A stretch of DNA of 32,443 nucleotides from an uncultured Calditrichaceae bacterium (GTDB lineage Bacteria > Zhuqueibacterota > Zhuqueibacteria > Oceanimicrobiales > Oceanimicrobiaceae), in the NCBI GenBank assembly GCA_964629935.1, contig CAZVSL010000003.1:1-32443 (forward strand). Reading direction: 5' to 3'. Positions 6,973-16,279 of the stretch are shown here, piece after piece (the stretch's first letter is position 1; each line of letters starts with the position of its first letter). The position numbers were made by a program, and so were the translations under genes. The notes beneath the pieces are model-generated. The model was not told where the DNA came from. It did no database searches and saw nothing but the letters and a program-made list of their open reading frames with translations.

Positions 6973-9435
6973 ATGCGTCTCAGAAAAAGAGATAGTCTTT
7001 CAGACAGTTTCCATTCACACGGTATCCTGGATTTCAACAATCGCGGATACCACATCCGAAAAGATGGGGCCATCTCCATCGTTTGGAAAATCGATGCCGG
7101 CAATGGTCTGCGACATACCCCTGGTGACCTGCAGAGCTACACAGCTCAACTCACGAAGACTGTGAACTTATTGCAGCCTCACACCCAAATCGATTTTCTC
7201 TATGATAAATATGAAACGCCGTGGAGCGAACAACTGCACACGGACGTCGAAGTCAATCGTCCGGAGATTGTGAAAATGATGGAGATTCGGCGGCGCGACC
7301 TCGGTGTGCGCCGCTCATATTCTCTCGATGTTTACCTTACCGTGACGTTTAATCATCTTATCCAATACAAACCTCCCATGCGCCAGGATTTCTTCTTATT
7401 CAATCGCAGCAAGTACGCCAATCTGGTGCGTGGTAAGTTTGAGCAAGATGTCCGACACATAGAAAATGCCGCTCTGATCATCGAGAGTGAGCTGCGGTTT
7501 TTCAAATTCAAGCGTATGAGCGGTGACGATATCACGCATCTCCTCAAAGCTTATTACAACCTTTCTGCCCGTCCTGCCGAGCTCAGTGTCCGGAGCGAAC
7601 AATTCAACGGCGACATTCTTTACAAAAACTTTTATCCTCAATACGACGATCTCGCTGTCGGTCTGGACCATCTGCTGGTGGCCTCCATGATTGAGCTGCC
7701 GGACAAGGTTGTCAATCCCATCGAATTTGATAAGCGCTTCATAAAGAGTCCGCTTGAATTCTTCTTGAGTTTGCCTTTCCCTCTGCGGCTTGCAGTGCGG
7801 ATGGAGAAGCTGCCGCGGGACAAGGCCGAGGCATTTGTCAGTCTCAATCGCTTAGTCAATAAGCCCAGGTTTAACAATCTCGCGGACATGAAGATGATCG
7901 AGCTCGAAGGCGACGACAACGGCCAGGTTTATCCCGGTGTGGCCAATCTGATCGAGTTTGACAAAGACTACCTGGCCAATCTCTCGCTCACTCTCATGAC
8001 CTGGCATCCGGAAAAGCCGAGGTTGGCGGAACGTCAGGAGCGAATAATCTCATCTTTTACGCGCTTTTTTAATTCACGCGGGATGATCGAATATGGCCAG
8101 GATGCTTTGAATGTGTTCTTATCGTGTGCGCCCGGAAACTATCCATATCGCCGCATCACTGTCCGTGGTTCACATCTGGGCCACTTCGTGAATTTGAGCG
8201 ACCACTATAAAGGTATGAACAGCGGTGTGCCGCTTATCAACACGAACAACACACCGGTCTATTATGATTTGTTTTCTACTGAAAACGCAAACTACAACAC
8301 ATTGATCGTCGGTCCTTCAGGCAAGGGTAAGAGTTTCTTTTGCAACTCTTTGATTTTTAACTATATCGCTCAGGGTGTGCAGGTGATCATTCTCGATTTG
8401 AGTGGCAGTTACAAGCCGCTCGCCGATGTCCTGCAATCGGACTACATCGAGATCGACCCGCGCAAGCCTAATTATTTGGACCCTTTTCACTATTTCAATC
8501 CGCTGAAGCATGAATATGACTCGCCTGAATACCTGGAGACGCTTACCTACCTGCAATCATTTCTCAACCTGATGGTCAAGGAAGAGTCGGGGAGTGAGCT
8601 CGGCAAAGATAAGAAAGCTGTCATTTATGAATCGCTGGAAAAGTTCTTTCAATCGCACGGCAATAACGTTTCTAACATGCGCGGCTATTGGATGTTTCTG
8701 CGTGAACAGGGTGAGGCTATTTTTGAGGATGATCAGGCTTTCTACCGGTATGTGGTCAAGACGCTCGCCTACTATCTCGAGAAGTCTGCCCTAAAGGTTT
8801 ACTTTGATCCGGCAAATCGTAACCATCTCCGTATCGACAGGCAAAAGCGTGTGGATCTGATCGCATTCGACTTGAAGGGCATTGAGAAGGAAATCGAGCT
8901 GATGCCACTCTATTCAAACCTGCTCAGCATGCTGGTGATGGATGCGTTGCACAGTGATTATCACAAGTTTCTGTTCATTCTGGACGAGAGTTGGAAGGCC
9001 CTGGAGAGCTCAGATATTATCTACGGTCTGGTTAAGGAGACCGGCCGGACATCACGCAAGCATTACGGTTCAGTTGGTGCGCTTACGCAAAACATCAAGG
9101 ACCTGCAACAGGGGGACCTTGGCGCTTCGGTGCTCACCAACAGTTACAGCAAGTTTCTTTTGCCGCATTCCGGTGAAGATGTTGAGACTGCGATACAGGT
9201 GCTCGACATGACGCGTGCTGAGCAGCACGCATTCCGCAACCTCAAGGAGCGCGAAATCCTTATGTTACGAGAAGGCGAGCCCGTCATTTTCCGCATTCCG
9301 TTTTCGAAGCTTGATTATTGGATTTGGACGACCAGACCTGATGAGGTCAACAAGCGCAACGTGCAAATGCGCAAAGACAGAAGTGTTATCAGTGCCGCAT
9401 CGGAGTTAGCTGAAAAAAGTATGATTCAGGAATGA
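6973..9435 (+). CDS. virB4: VirB4/TrbE/TraG(CTn)-family type IV secretion ATPase (820 aa)
   Basis: Walker A GPSGKGKS (nt 8311-8334) and Walker B LFILDES (nt 8971-8991) are present. The length of ~800 aa and the large N-terminal domain fit VirB4. The context of VirB2/3-like genes upstream and a VirB6-like gene downstream also fits. Confidence 0.9.
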   Translation: MRLRKRDSLSDSFHSHGILDFNNRGYHIRKDGAISIVWKIDAGNGLRHTPGDLQSYTAQLTKTVNLLQPHTQIDFLYDKYETPWSEQLHTDVEVNRPEIVKMMEIRRRDLGVRRSYSLDVYLTVTFNHLIQYKPPMRQDFFLFNRSKYANLVRGKFEQDVRHIENAALIIESELRFFKFKRMSGDDITHLLKAYYNLSARPAELSVRSEQFNGDILYKNFYPQYDDLAVGLDHLLVASMIELPDKVVNPIEFDKRFIKSPLEFFLSLPFPLRLAVRMEKLPRDKAEAFVSLNRLVNKPRFNNLADMKMIELEGDDNGQVYPGVANLIEFDKDYLANLSLTLMTWHPEKPRLAERQERIISSFTRFFNSRGMIEYGQDALNVFLSCAPGNYPYRRITVRGSHLGHFVNLSDHYKGMNSGVPLINTNNTPVYYDLFSTENANYNTLIVGPSGKGKSFFCNSLIFNYIAQGVQVIILDLSGSYKPLADVLQSDYIEIDPRKPNYLDPFHYFNPLKHEYDSPEYLETLTYLQSFLNLMVKEESGSELGKDKKAVIYESLEKFFQSHGNNVSNMRGYWMFLREQGEAIFEDDQAFYRYVVKTLAYYLEKSALKVYFDPANRNHLRIDRQKRVDLIAFDLKGIEKEIELMPLYSNLLSMLVMDALHSDYHKFLFILDESWKALESSDIIYGLVKETGRTSRKHYGSVGALTQNIKDLQQGDLGASVLTNSYSKFLLPHSGEDVETAIQVLDMTRAEQHAFRNLKEREILMLREGEPVIFRIPFSKLDYWIWTTRPDEVNKRNVQMRKDRSVISAASELAEKSMIQE

Positions 9436-9438
9436 GCC

Positions 9439-10320
9439 ATGAAGTTTAAAGCCATTATATCGATACTCTTTTTGTTTTTCCTCGATATTCAACCCGCTTC
9501 AGCACAGTTCCTTAATCCGTCTGACGCTGCCGTTGTGGCGAAGCTGGGCGATATTCTCAGGACACATCGTGAACATCTCGTGGAAGCGATCAGGACGGCG
9601 CGTGGTATGGAGCGTACCTTTGAGACCTTAAAGAACCTCAATGAGTACGAGAAGACGCTGCGCCGGGATATCAACTTCATTTCCAGCCTCGACCTGAGCC
9701 GCCTGGACGATCTCGAACGAATCGTTCTCTATGGCGATCAAACTGATTTCTATTTTCGGACCTTGACAAGCAAGATTAACAGAGACCTCTACAACTCGCG
9801 CCAGATGGGGCGCTATGGCGAAGGCTTTTTGGCGTCCATGGACGGTCTCGGCCTTGATGCAAACATGCTGCGGGCGATCTACGACAATGAACAGTCGCTG
9901 AAGGAAGCGGGCATCACCCCCGAGGAGGCCAACGCCCTGGTCAAAGAGTTAAGCGTAGAATCTACTATGCTGGATCTCTATGAGATCAGAGGCACGGAGA
10001 ATCTGATCAAAGCCCTGACAGAACAGGGTGAGTATCTCAAGAACGTGGCGGCGGATTCTTCAGTCAAGCTTGATCAGGGCCAGCGCGTCATGCTGCTCAC
10101 CAAGAGTGAGGAAAGCCTGATCGAAGCGCTGAAATATCAGCAGCAATTGGCGGAGCAGCTCAAAGAGAGAAATGAAAAAATATCGCGCAAGTTGATGTTA
10201 AAAAGCGAGATGGAGTCTGAGATTAAGCAACTGGAAAAATTCTACGAATGGCATGCATCGTTTGAGCGCAACCTGGGTTTTTTTGACACGGAGTACATAA
10301 AACGGCAGCAGTTTAAATAG
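9439..10320 (+). CDS. Secreted, largely alpha-helical/coiled-coil protein in the VirB5/TrbJ position (293 aa)
   Basis: The signal peptide is MKFKAIISILFLFFLDIQPASAQ. The mature part has no Cys. It is rich in heptad-like charged helices (...QQLAEQLKERNEKISRKLMLKSEMESEIKQLEKF...). The start lies 3 nt after the VirB4 stop. I recognise no family, so the functional call is positional. Confidence 0.6.
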   Translation: MKFKAIISILFLFFLDIQPASAQFLNPSDAAVVAKLGDILRTHREHLVEAIRTARGMERTFETLKNLNEYEKTLRRDINFISSLDLSRLDDLERIVLYGDQTDFYFRTLTSKINRDLYNSRQMGRYGEGFLASMDGLGLDANMLRAIYDNEQSLKEAGITPEEANALVKELSVESTMLDLYEIRGTENLIKALTEQGEYLKNVAADSSVKLDQGQRVMLLTKSEESLIEALKYQQQLAEQLKERNEKISRKLMLKSEMESEIKQLEKFYEWHASFERNLGFFDTEYIKRQQFK

Positions 10321-10329
10321 GGGCCTATT

Positions 10330-11241
10330 ATGTTCCAATCAATCCAGAGCATTTACCAACAAAGCGATGAGGTTCTGACTGCGATCGTCGATCTGTCCTG
10401 GAAGATTTTGCCATTTGTAGCTGTGATCATGTTGCTGTACTACATATATGATGCATTCAAGAACAATCGGGGCAACTATACGGACTATATCTACCGCATC
10501 GCCATCGCGACGATTGCGCTGGTGAGTTACAAGTGGTGGAGCGTCGAGATTGCGACGATTATTATTGAGATAGCCAAGCTATTCAAACACGAGGGTATGT
10601 CGGACTACTATAACGTGGTCATCGAGCTTTTCAAAAGCCATGCTTCAAATGAGGCAGCCTGGTATGAAGTAGGTATCCAATTCAGGGGGTTTTTCTACTA
10701 TTCGCTGCTCTGGTTTAGTGTTGCGCTTATCACCCTTGCCACTGTTTTCTTCGAGATGTTGCAATTTTGGGCTCAGGCATTTCTATGGGTGCTTGGGCCG
10801 TTGGCCATCGTGCTAACCTTGTTTCCCAATTTCCGTGGCGCGTTCCTGAGCTGGCTGAATCGCTTCATCGCTGTCGGATTCTGGTCTGTGATTTACATGG
10901 TCGCCACCCGGATTTTCAATGGGCTTATCGGTCAGACCTTTTCCGATTTGTGGGTGAGCAACCAGACCGGCATCGACGTTGGGACCCAGGGTTTCTCTAT
11001 CATGAAACTGGTGATCTTCAGTGTGGCATTTTTCTTTGTCATCGTGCGGATTCCGACCATGACCGGCTGGCTTACACATCAGAGTTTTGCGAGCATCAGC
11101 ACTATCATTGGCGCGGGCGCGAGTTTGGGCGCCAGCAAAGTCATGACAGTAACCCGGACGATGGGGAATGTAGTCGGTCGGGCTGGGTTGACCCGCCTGC
11201 AGCAGGCCGGCAGCGCCATTGCCAGCAAGTTAGGACGTTAA
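10330..11241 (+). CDS. VirB6/TrbL/TraJ-like polytopic inner-membrane protein (303 aa)
   Basis: It has at least 6 predicted TM helices (ILPFVAVIMLLYYIY, IAIATIALVSY, FFYYSLLWFSVALITLATVFF, AFLWVLGPLAIVLTLF, FIAVGFWSVIYMVA, LVIFSVAFFFVIV) and a hydrophilic tail. Its position between the VirB5-like and VirB8-like slots also fits. Confidence 0.6.
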   Translation: MFQSIQSIYQQSDEVLTAIVDLSWKILPFVAVIMLLYYIYDAFKNNRGNYTDYIYRIAIATIALVSYKWWSVEIATIIIEIAKLFKHEGMSDYYNVVIELFKSHASNEAAWYEVGIQFRGFFYYSLLWFSVALITLATVFFEMLQFWAQAFLWVLGPLAIVLTLFPNFRGAFLSWLNRFIAVGFWSVIYMVATRIFNGLIGQTFSDLWVSNQTGIDVGTQGFSIMKLVIFSVAFFFVIVRIPTMTGWLTHQSFASISTIIGAGASLGASKVMTVTRTMGNVVGRAGLTRLQQAGSAIASKLGR

Positions 11242-11257
11242 CAAATAGGGAAGACGT

Positions 11258-11965
11258 ATGAATCCATCAGATGTTGAGTCTGCCCGATCAGCGGAGCAGA
11301 CACGTCGCAGTAATAACCAGGCCCAGGTTAAGCCGGATGGCATCGAGGACCCGGTATCTGGCTTCATTTGGCGCACTTTTGTCGGCAACAAGAAAAAGGA
11401 AGATTTCTTTAAGAGCGCCATCCTATTGCTGCTTATTATCAATGGCGTCCTGGCGTTCTTTCTCTATAATCAAAAGACCCAAAAATCTGTTTATGTTATC
11501 GATGCAGGGCAGCCCAAACTGGCAAGCATGATAGATAGTGATGTGCGTGTGGACGAACAAATTCGTTTTTTCCTAAAGCTGTGGACAAAATTGCTTATCG
11601 AGATAAACGGGGACAACTACGCTGAAAACCGCGAAATGCTGAAGCGTCTATCCAGTGAGAAACTGATGCAACGCATTCTCAACTCTGAAAGCTCAAGCGG
11701 CAATCGGCTGGTGAAGGAAGTCATACAGTCTGAGACCATGCGGCTGCGGGTGGTGGACATTGTCATCGACGAGATAGAGCGCAAGGGAAGTCTAATCAAT
11801 GTGCGTTTTAGCGAGGTCATCCAGATAGATGTCCCGGATGGCAGCGAACGCTATGTCACAAGGCATCAGGCTCAGATTATTCCGACAAAGTATTCGTTAA
11901 ATGGCATGGGTCTGGCGATGGTGGATCTCGACAATCTCTGGAAGTTAGAAAGGAGAACAGAATAA
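11258..11965 (+). CDS. VirB8/TrbF/TraK-like bitopic membrane protein (235 aa)
   Basis: A ~55-aa cytoplasmic N-terminus is followed by a single TM (AILLLLIINGVLAFFLY) and a ~160-aa periplasmic domain. Size and topology match VirB8. The stop overlaps the next start (TAATG at 11963-11967). Confidence 0.5.
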   Translation: MNPSDVESARSAEQTRRSNNQAQVKPDGIEDPVSGFIWRTFVGNKKKEDFFKSAILLLLIINGVLAFFLYNQKTQKSVYVIDAGQPKLASMIDSDVRVDEQIRFFLKLWTKLLIEINGDNYAENREMLKRLSSEKLMQRILNSESSSGNRLVKEVIQSETMRLRVVDIVIDEIERKGSLINVRFSEVIQIDVPDGSERYVTRHQAQIIPTKYSLNGMGLAMVDLDNLWKLERRTE

Positions 11966-13029
11966 TGGACGTTCCTGGATATAACTTCAAACTGAACAAG
12001 AAATGGGTGATTCTGGGGGCGATCGGCTTTGTCGTGCTTTTTCTGGTTGGCTCCTTTCTTGTTTCTTACTATGAATACAAGACAACGGGTCCGATTTCAG
12101 AGGAGCCCGTCAGTTCTTATGATGACGCGAGCTTTAAGCGGTTGCAGGAGGAGCTAACAAAAGATAAGCCACAGCCCATCGATCAAAAAGAGGTTTTGGA
12201 TGAGCTGGTCAAACAGACCAATGAAGAGCAAGAAAGGCAAGATGGCTCCGTTAGGCGAGTTAGCCGCGAAGAGTTGTATACCAAAGGCACATTTGACACG
12301 CTTGCCGTCAATTGTGGCGTTTTACTTGAAAAATACAAAGAACTTGTTATAAAATATCATGAGCTTGAGAAACAGCTCGACGGCAAAAGACGACCGATTG
12401 CAAAAAAAGCAAGTCCACCGGCTCGCTCCTCGTCCAGTTCCGGATTTGCCAGCCGTTCAGGCAGCAGCAGGGGCGGTGGCGCCAGTGCCAACGGTAGCTT
12501 TGACTACACCCGTTATGTTCGTGGCAGCGGCACCAATGAGCTGCTTAATGAAGGTGGGGGCGGCACAGTGAGCGGACGAAACGCATCCTTCACATGGGTG
12601 ACTTTATCGTTTCCGCAGCGCCAGCGCATCTTCAATCAATCGGTCCTTGTGTTTGACGTTGCCGAACCATTTGTTTTGGATGGTTTCAGCGTGCCGCGTA
12701 CCGCCCGCGTTGAAGGCGTGGCACAAGTGAGCCGCGGTCGCGGTCGCATATTTGTTAATTTTAATCGTATTTACACGCAAGACCAAACCATTGAAGTCGA
12801 AGGCGAGGCCTTCGCACTCGACAGGTCGCGAGGCCTCAACGTATTCATTCATGGAGAGAGCAGTCTTGCGGAAAGCTTCAAACGTGAAGCAACAGACCTT
12901 GTTGGTCTGATCGATCCTTCTCGTACCGGCGTCGGCAGAACCGTGCTTCAGGATACTGACGTCGGACAGGAGGTCTTTGGTATATTGGAGGCTGGCACCA
13001 TGGTGCTGGCCAACTTAAGAAGAAAATGA
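11965..13029 (+). CDS. VirB10/TrbI/TraM-like envelope-spanning protein (354 aa)
   Basis: After a short N-terminus comes a TM (WVILGAIGFVVLFLVGSFLV). Next are a coiled-coil segment and a Ser/Gly-rich low-complexity linker (ASPPARSSSSSGFASRSGSSRGGGASANGS). The C-terminal beta-rich domain (...FSVPRTARVEGVAQVSRGRGRIFVNFNRIYTQDQTIEVEGEAFALDRSRGLNVFIHG) resembles the TraM/TrbI C-terminal pattern. A 4-nt ATGA overlap links it to the next gene. Confidence 0.55.
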   Translation: MDVPGYNFKLNKKWVILGAIGFVVLFLVGSFLVSYYEYKTTGPISEEPVSSYDDASFKRLQEELTKDKPQPIDQKEVLDELVKQTNEEQERQDGSVRRVSREELYTKGTFDTLAVNCGVLLEKYKELVIKYHELEKQLDGKRRPIAKKASPPARSSSSSGFASRSGSSRGGGASANGSFDYTRYVRGSGTNELLNEGGGGTVSGRNASFTWVTLSFPQRQRIFNQSVLVFDVAEPFVLDGFSVPRTARVEGVAQVSRGRGRIFVNFNRIYTQDQTIEVEGEAFALDRSRGLNVFIHGESSLAESFKREATDLVGLIDPSRTGVGRTVLQDTDVGQEVFGILEAGTMVLANLRRK

Positions 13030-13937
13030 GTTATCCTCAAAAGCTTGCCGCAGTTGTGCTGTTCGCCTGTTTGTTGTGTTGGCAAACAGCAACCACACAG
13101 GTGAAGAGCGGCGATATCGTGATGCACCTCGAGATCGGTACGCTCTCAGAGATCGTATTGCCTGAGCCCTATACTACCGTTCAGATTCCTGTTCAAATCG
13201 TTGAGATGCGGGACGTGCCCGGCAGAAACAAACGGGTAATCACCTTGCATCCTGTCATCCAGCAAAGCGCCAGGACCAATATTCGAATTTATACACAAAA
13301 CTATGATTTCAACATCAAACTTTTGCTAAATACACGTGGCGCCGCAGCCACCGAAAGCCTGGATTTACACAGATACGTTGCGACCCGACCCGGGAAGAAT
13401 GGCGCCGCTGGCAATGGCGGCACGTCAAACGGACATGCGAATGGTGCAGGCTCCACGAATACAGCCGAAAGCGGGGACATCGATGGCCGGCGACCTGCTA
13501 CCATCCAGGATTTCAGCTTTCGCAACCTGCTGAAAGTTAAGCCGGACTTGCTGAAGTCCAAAGAACAGGCTCCTGCCATCGTGAAAAATCGTGTCGTCTT
13601 TGCAATCGACCATATTTTTCATCATAAAGATAAGATCGTGTTCAAGGCGACCTTGTGGAACAAGTCCAGCGTGCCTTATCATATTCTGCATCTTGCTATT
13701 ACTTACAAAGAAAAGACCGGCATTCCTTTGTTGAACGAACGGCAGACAAAATCATTGTCTCTAGCACCTTTCTATGAAAGGTACTCTCGCAAGATCGTGC
13801 CGCCCGGGAAAAAGTCGCATATCCTGTATGTGACATCCAGGCTCAGTCCACAGGATACAGGTTTTTTTAATTGCGTTCTTGTTGAGAAGTACGGCGCCCG
13901 TAATTTTGATTTTAACATTCCATCTTACATCAAATAG
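13026..13937 (+). CDS. VirB9/TraN-like secreted protein (303 aa)
   Basis: Signal peptide MSYPQKLAAVVLFACLLCWQTATTQ. The N-terminal segment ...TNIRIYTQNYDFNIKLLLN resembles the VirB9 N-domain pattern (TNL.v.T..r.Y.F.L). A Gly/Asn/Ala-rich linker follows. The C-terminal segment VFAIDHIFHHKDKIVFKATLWNKSSVPYHILHLAITYKEK resembles the Bacteroidetes TraN (DUF4138) pattern. Confidence 0.55.
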   Translation: MSYPQKLAAVVLFACLLCWQTATTQVKSGDIVMHLEIGTLSEIVLPEPYTTVQIPVQIVEMRDVPGRNKRVITLHPVIQQSARTNIRIYTQNYDFNIKLLLNTRGAAATESLDLHRYVATRPGKNGAAGNGGTSNGHANGAGSTNTAESGDIDGRRPATIQDFSFRNLLKVKPDLLKSKEQAPAIVKNRVVFAIDHIFHHKDKIVFKATLWNKSSVPYHILHLAITYKEKTGIPLLNERQTKSLSLAPFYERYSRKIVPPGKKSHILYVTSRLSPQDTGFFNCVLVEKYGARNFDFNIPSYIK

Positions 13938-13959
13938 CCAATCTTAGCCAAAAGATAGA

Positions 13960-14451
13960 ATGAAAGCAGCCTTGATATTGCTGATAACAATGATACCTTC
14001 TACGAGTCTTCTGGCTCAATATCAGAAAATGGTCAGTTCGAGTGTGGTCAGTTTGTCCGGTTCAAAAACGTACGCGAATGTTGCCTGGAGCAAACAACTG
14101 ACAAGCCGGACGATGTTTACCATCTCTGGTTTGTATTTTCGTGACGAAACCCGCGTAATAAAAACCGACAATTTTGGCGCTGACCTGGGCTTAAGCCGAT
14201 GGCTCTTGCGTTTCAGTGATGTATACGTTGGCGCCGGGCTGGGCGGCTATATGCTGCATACCAATGCTGAAAGCGCCGCGGGCTCTGAAGCTGATGACCT
14301 GAGCTTTGGCTTAGATTTGAGAGGTGAGATCGAGTTCTATCCGCTCTGGTGGCTGGTCATGTTCGGTGAAGTTAAGCAGCTTGTCTTCGTGGGATCAGAC
14401 TTCTTCAATCGGAAATTCATCCTCGGGGGCGGCATTAAATTCGTATTTTAG
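13960..14451 (+). CDS. Small outer-membrane beta-barrel protein candidate (163 aa)
   Basis: Signal peptide MKAALILLITMIPSTSLLAQ. Alternating hydrophobic beta-strand patterns with Gly/aromatic girdles are present. The C-terminus ...GGGIKFVF ends in Phe, the classical OMP sorting signature. Confidence 0.55.
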   Translation: MKAALILLITMIPSTSLLAQYQKMVSSSVVSLSGSKTYANVAWSKQLTSRTMFTISGLYFRDETRVIKTDNFGADLGLSRWLLRFSDVYVGAGLGGYMLHTNAESAAGSEADDLSFGLDLRGEIEFYPLWWLVMFGEVKQLVFVGSDFFNRKFILGGGIKFVF

Positions 14452-14474
14452 TCTGGCATCACGGATAGAGAGGG

Positions 14475-16268
14475 ATGAGATTGAGAAGACGGCAGGCACT
14501 TGCATCTATTATTGTGCTCCTTTTCGTTAGCTGTTCCGACCGCAAAGAGAATAATCCCCTGACGGAAAACAACGAACCTCCGCAGTTGCAGCTCGTTGGC
14601 TTTGCTGCAGATACACTTGTATTTGTCAGCGGCCAGGTTTACCCATTTGAATTCCAGGCGACAGATGATGGCGAAAGAGAGTTAGATGTCCTGGCCAAAG
14701 TAGTGGGCGAAACCGGCAGCGTGGCGATTGTTGACAATACCTCCGGTGGCCTGTACAAAGGTGAATTTACGCCTTCACTCAAGGGCGAACATCTGATCGA
14801 AGTTTCAGCGTCAGATGGATTGGAAGAGACAACTGAGACGTTGAGCATTTTTATGGGAGATAACCACGATCCCGTGGCTGTTATCACGCTGCAGGAAATC
14901 GATCGTGATGCCGAAAATCTGCTCTTCACCTATGAATTTGATGCCAGTCAGTCCACGGACCAGGATGGCGCTTTGGTCAAGGCAAGGTGGAATCTCGATG
15001 GTTTTGAAACCGAAGGCGCCATAGCGCAGAAAATCCAACATACATTTGATTATTACGCCGACTACCGAATCGAGCTCGTGGTCGAAGATGAACATGGCGG
15101 CACGGGCGAAGCTCTGCGGGTTATCGACAACTCTCGCCCTCTGGCAAGCTTCGAGATTCGTCCCGCTGCAGAAGCCCGGAATAGTGAACAAATTACCCTC
15201 GATGCATCAAACAGTGTTTCGCCGCGCGGACAATTGGTGGCATATCGATGGTTTAATCGCGTGCCGGGAGTTGGTATTGATATTCTTGAAGAAAGCGCCG
15301 ACAACATTTTCCGGTACACTGTTAATTTGCCGGTCGGGCAAAATCAACTTGGATTGGTCGTTGAGGATGAGGAGAGCAATGTGTCTGACACATCCTGGGT
15401 AGCCCTCGATGTACTTAATACGCCTCCTGAGGTTGACTACAATTTCGCGACCGAGCTGGAGCGAATTATCATAACCGAAAACCTCTCTGTGGATGGCGAT
15501 CCGGGTGATTCCCTGTCCTATAGCTGGTTCATCAACGACACGCTCCAGACTGAGCAGGAGAATGAGGCATTACCTACTTTCCAGGTGCGAGGTGAGGTCT
15601 ACCAGCTCACTTTGCAAACCAGCGATAATCATGGCAGCTCCGGCTCTCGCAGCCGTTCTGTTAGCGTGCCTGGTGTACCGGAAGCGCATTTTGTGTTCTC
15701 AGCCTCAAATGCTGATACGCTGGATGCTCAAAACGGACAGCAGGTGGTTGTTGACGGCAACGATTCGATTCCGGGCAACGAAAGCGGTGGCATCGAGACC
15801 TTTACCTGGTTCTTGCGCGGTGAGAACCATCCGCTGGAGGTGCTCAGTGAAGGCCGGTTTGCTGACCTGACCATCGATATTAACCATCCGATTGGGGAGT
15901 ATGAAGTTGGTCTGGAAATCACCAATCGTGAAGGGCTGATTAGTATTACAACCTGGCAGAAGATGTCCGTGGTGAACAGTGCGCCAACGGCCGAATTCAC
16001 CTGCCAGCTTGATGCCTTTGAGCAAGGTTTCGTATACAGAATCATCACCAACGATTCCAGCGACCCCGACCCCGGCGATTCAATCCGGTTCAAATGGTTC
16101 CTGGATGGTGAGGAGCAGGAACAAACCGGGCCGACGCCGTCGTTCACGCGCGGCCGTAACGAGTTTGTCGAGACCATAACTCTTCAGGTTTTGGACAATC
16201 ATGGCGGAATCGGTGAAAAATCCGTCACAGACGGCTGCAGCGGTTCGAGCGTGGGCACGGACTTCTAG
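14475..16268 (+). CDS. Lipoprotein with about six tandem PKD/Ig-like domains (597 aa)
   Basis: A lipobox-like LLFVSC places Cys at residue 20. Repeated modules of ~85-95 aa carry PKD hallmarks, for example FDASQSTDQDGALVKARWNLDG...YADYRIELVVEDEHGGTGEA, LDASNSVSPRGQLVAYRWF...LGLVVEDEESNVS, SVDGDPGDSLSYSWFIND...LTLQTSDNHGSSGS and SSDPDPGDSIRFKWFLDGEE...ITLQVLDNHGGIGE. Confidence 0.8.
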   Translation: MRLRRRQALASIIVLLFVSCSDRKENNPLTENNEPPQLQLVGFAADTLVFVSGQVYPFEFQATDDGERELDVLAKVVGETGSVAIVDNTSGGLYKGEFTPSLKGEHLIEVSASDGLEETTETLSIFMGDNHDPVAVITLQEIDRDAENLLFTYEFDASQSTDQDGALVKARWNLDGFETEGAIAQKIQHTFDYYADYRIELVVEDEHGGTGEALRVIDNSRPLASFEIRPAAEARNSEQITLDASNSVSPRGQLVAYRWFNRVPGVGIDILEESADNIFRYTVNLPVGQNQLGLVVEDEESNVSDTSWVALDVLNTPPEVDYNFATELERIIITENLSVDGDPGDSLSYSWFINDTLQTEQENEALPTFQVRGEVYQLTLQTSDNHGSSGSRSRSVSVPGVPEAHFVFSASNADTLDAQNGQQVVVDGNDSIPGNESGGIETFTWFLRGENHPLEVLSEGRFADLTIDINHPIGEYEVGLEITNREGLISITTWQKMSVVNSAPTAEFTCQLDAFEQGFVYRIITNDSSDPDPGDSIRFKWFLDGEEQEQTGPTPSFTRGRNEFVETITLQVLDNHGGIGEKSVTDGCSGSSVGTDF

Positions 16269-16279
16269 GAGTAAACAGC

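Noticed and set aside
10767-11261. 164-aa + strand ORF in an alternative frame of the VirB6-like gene
   Set aside because: It is an Arg/His/Gly-rich off-frame product. The 10330..11241 frame gives regular TM helices and fits the tight spacing of the operon.
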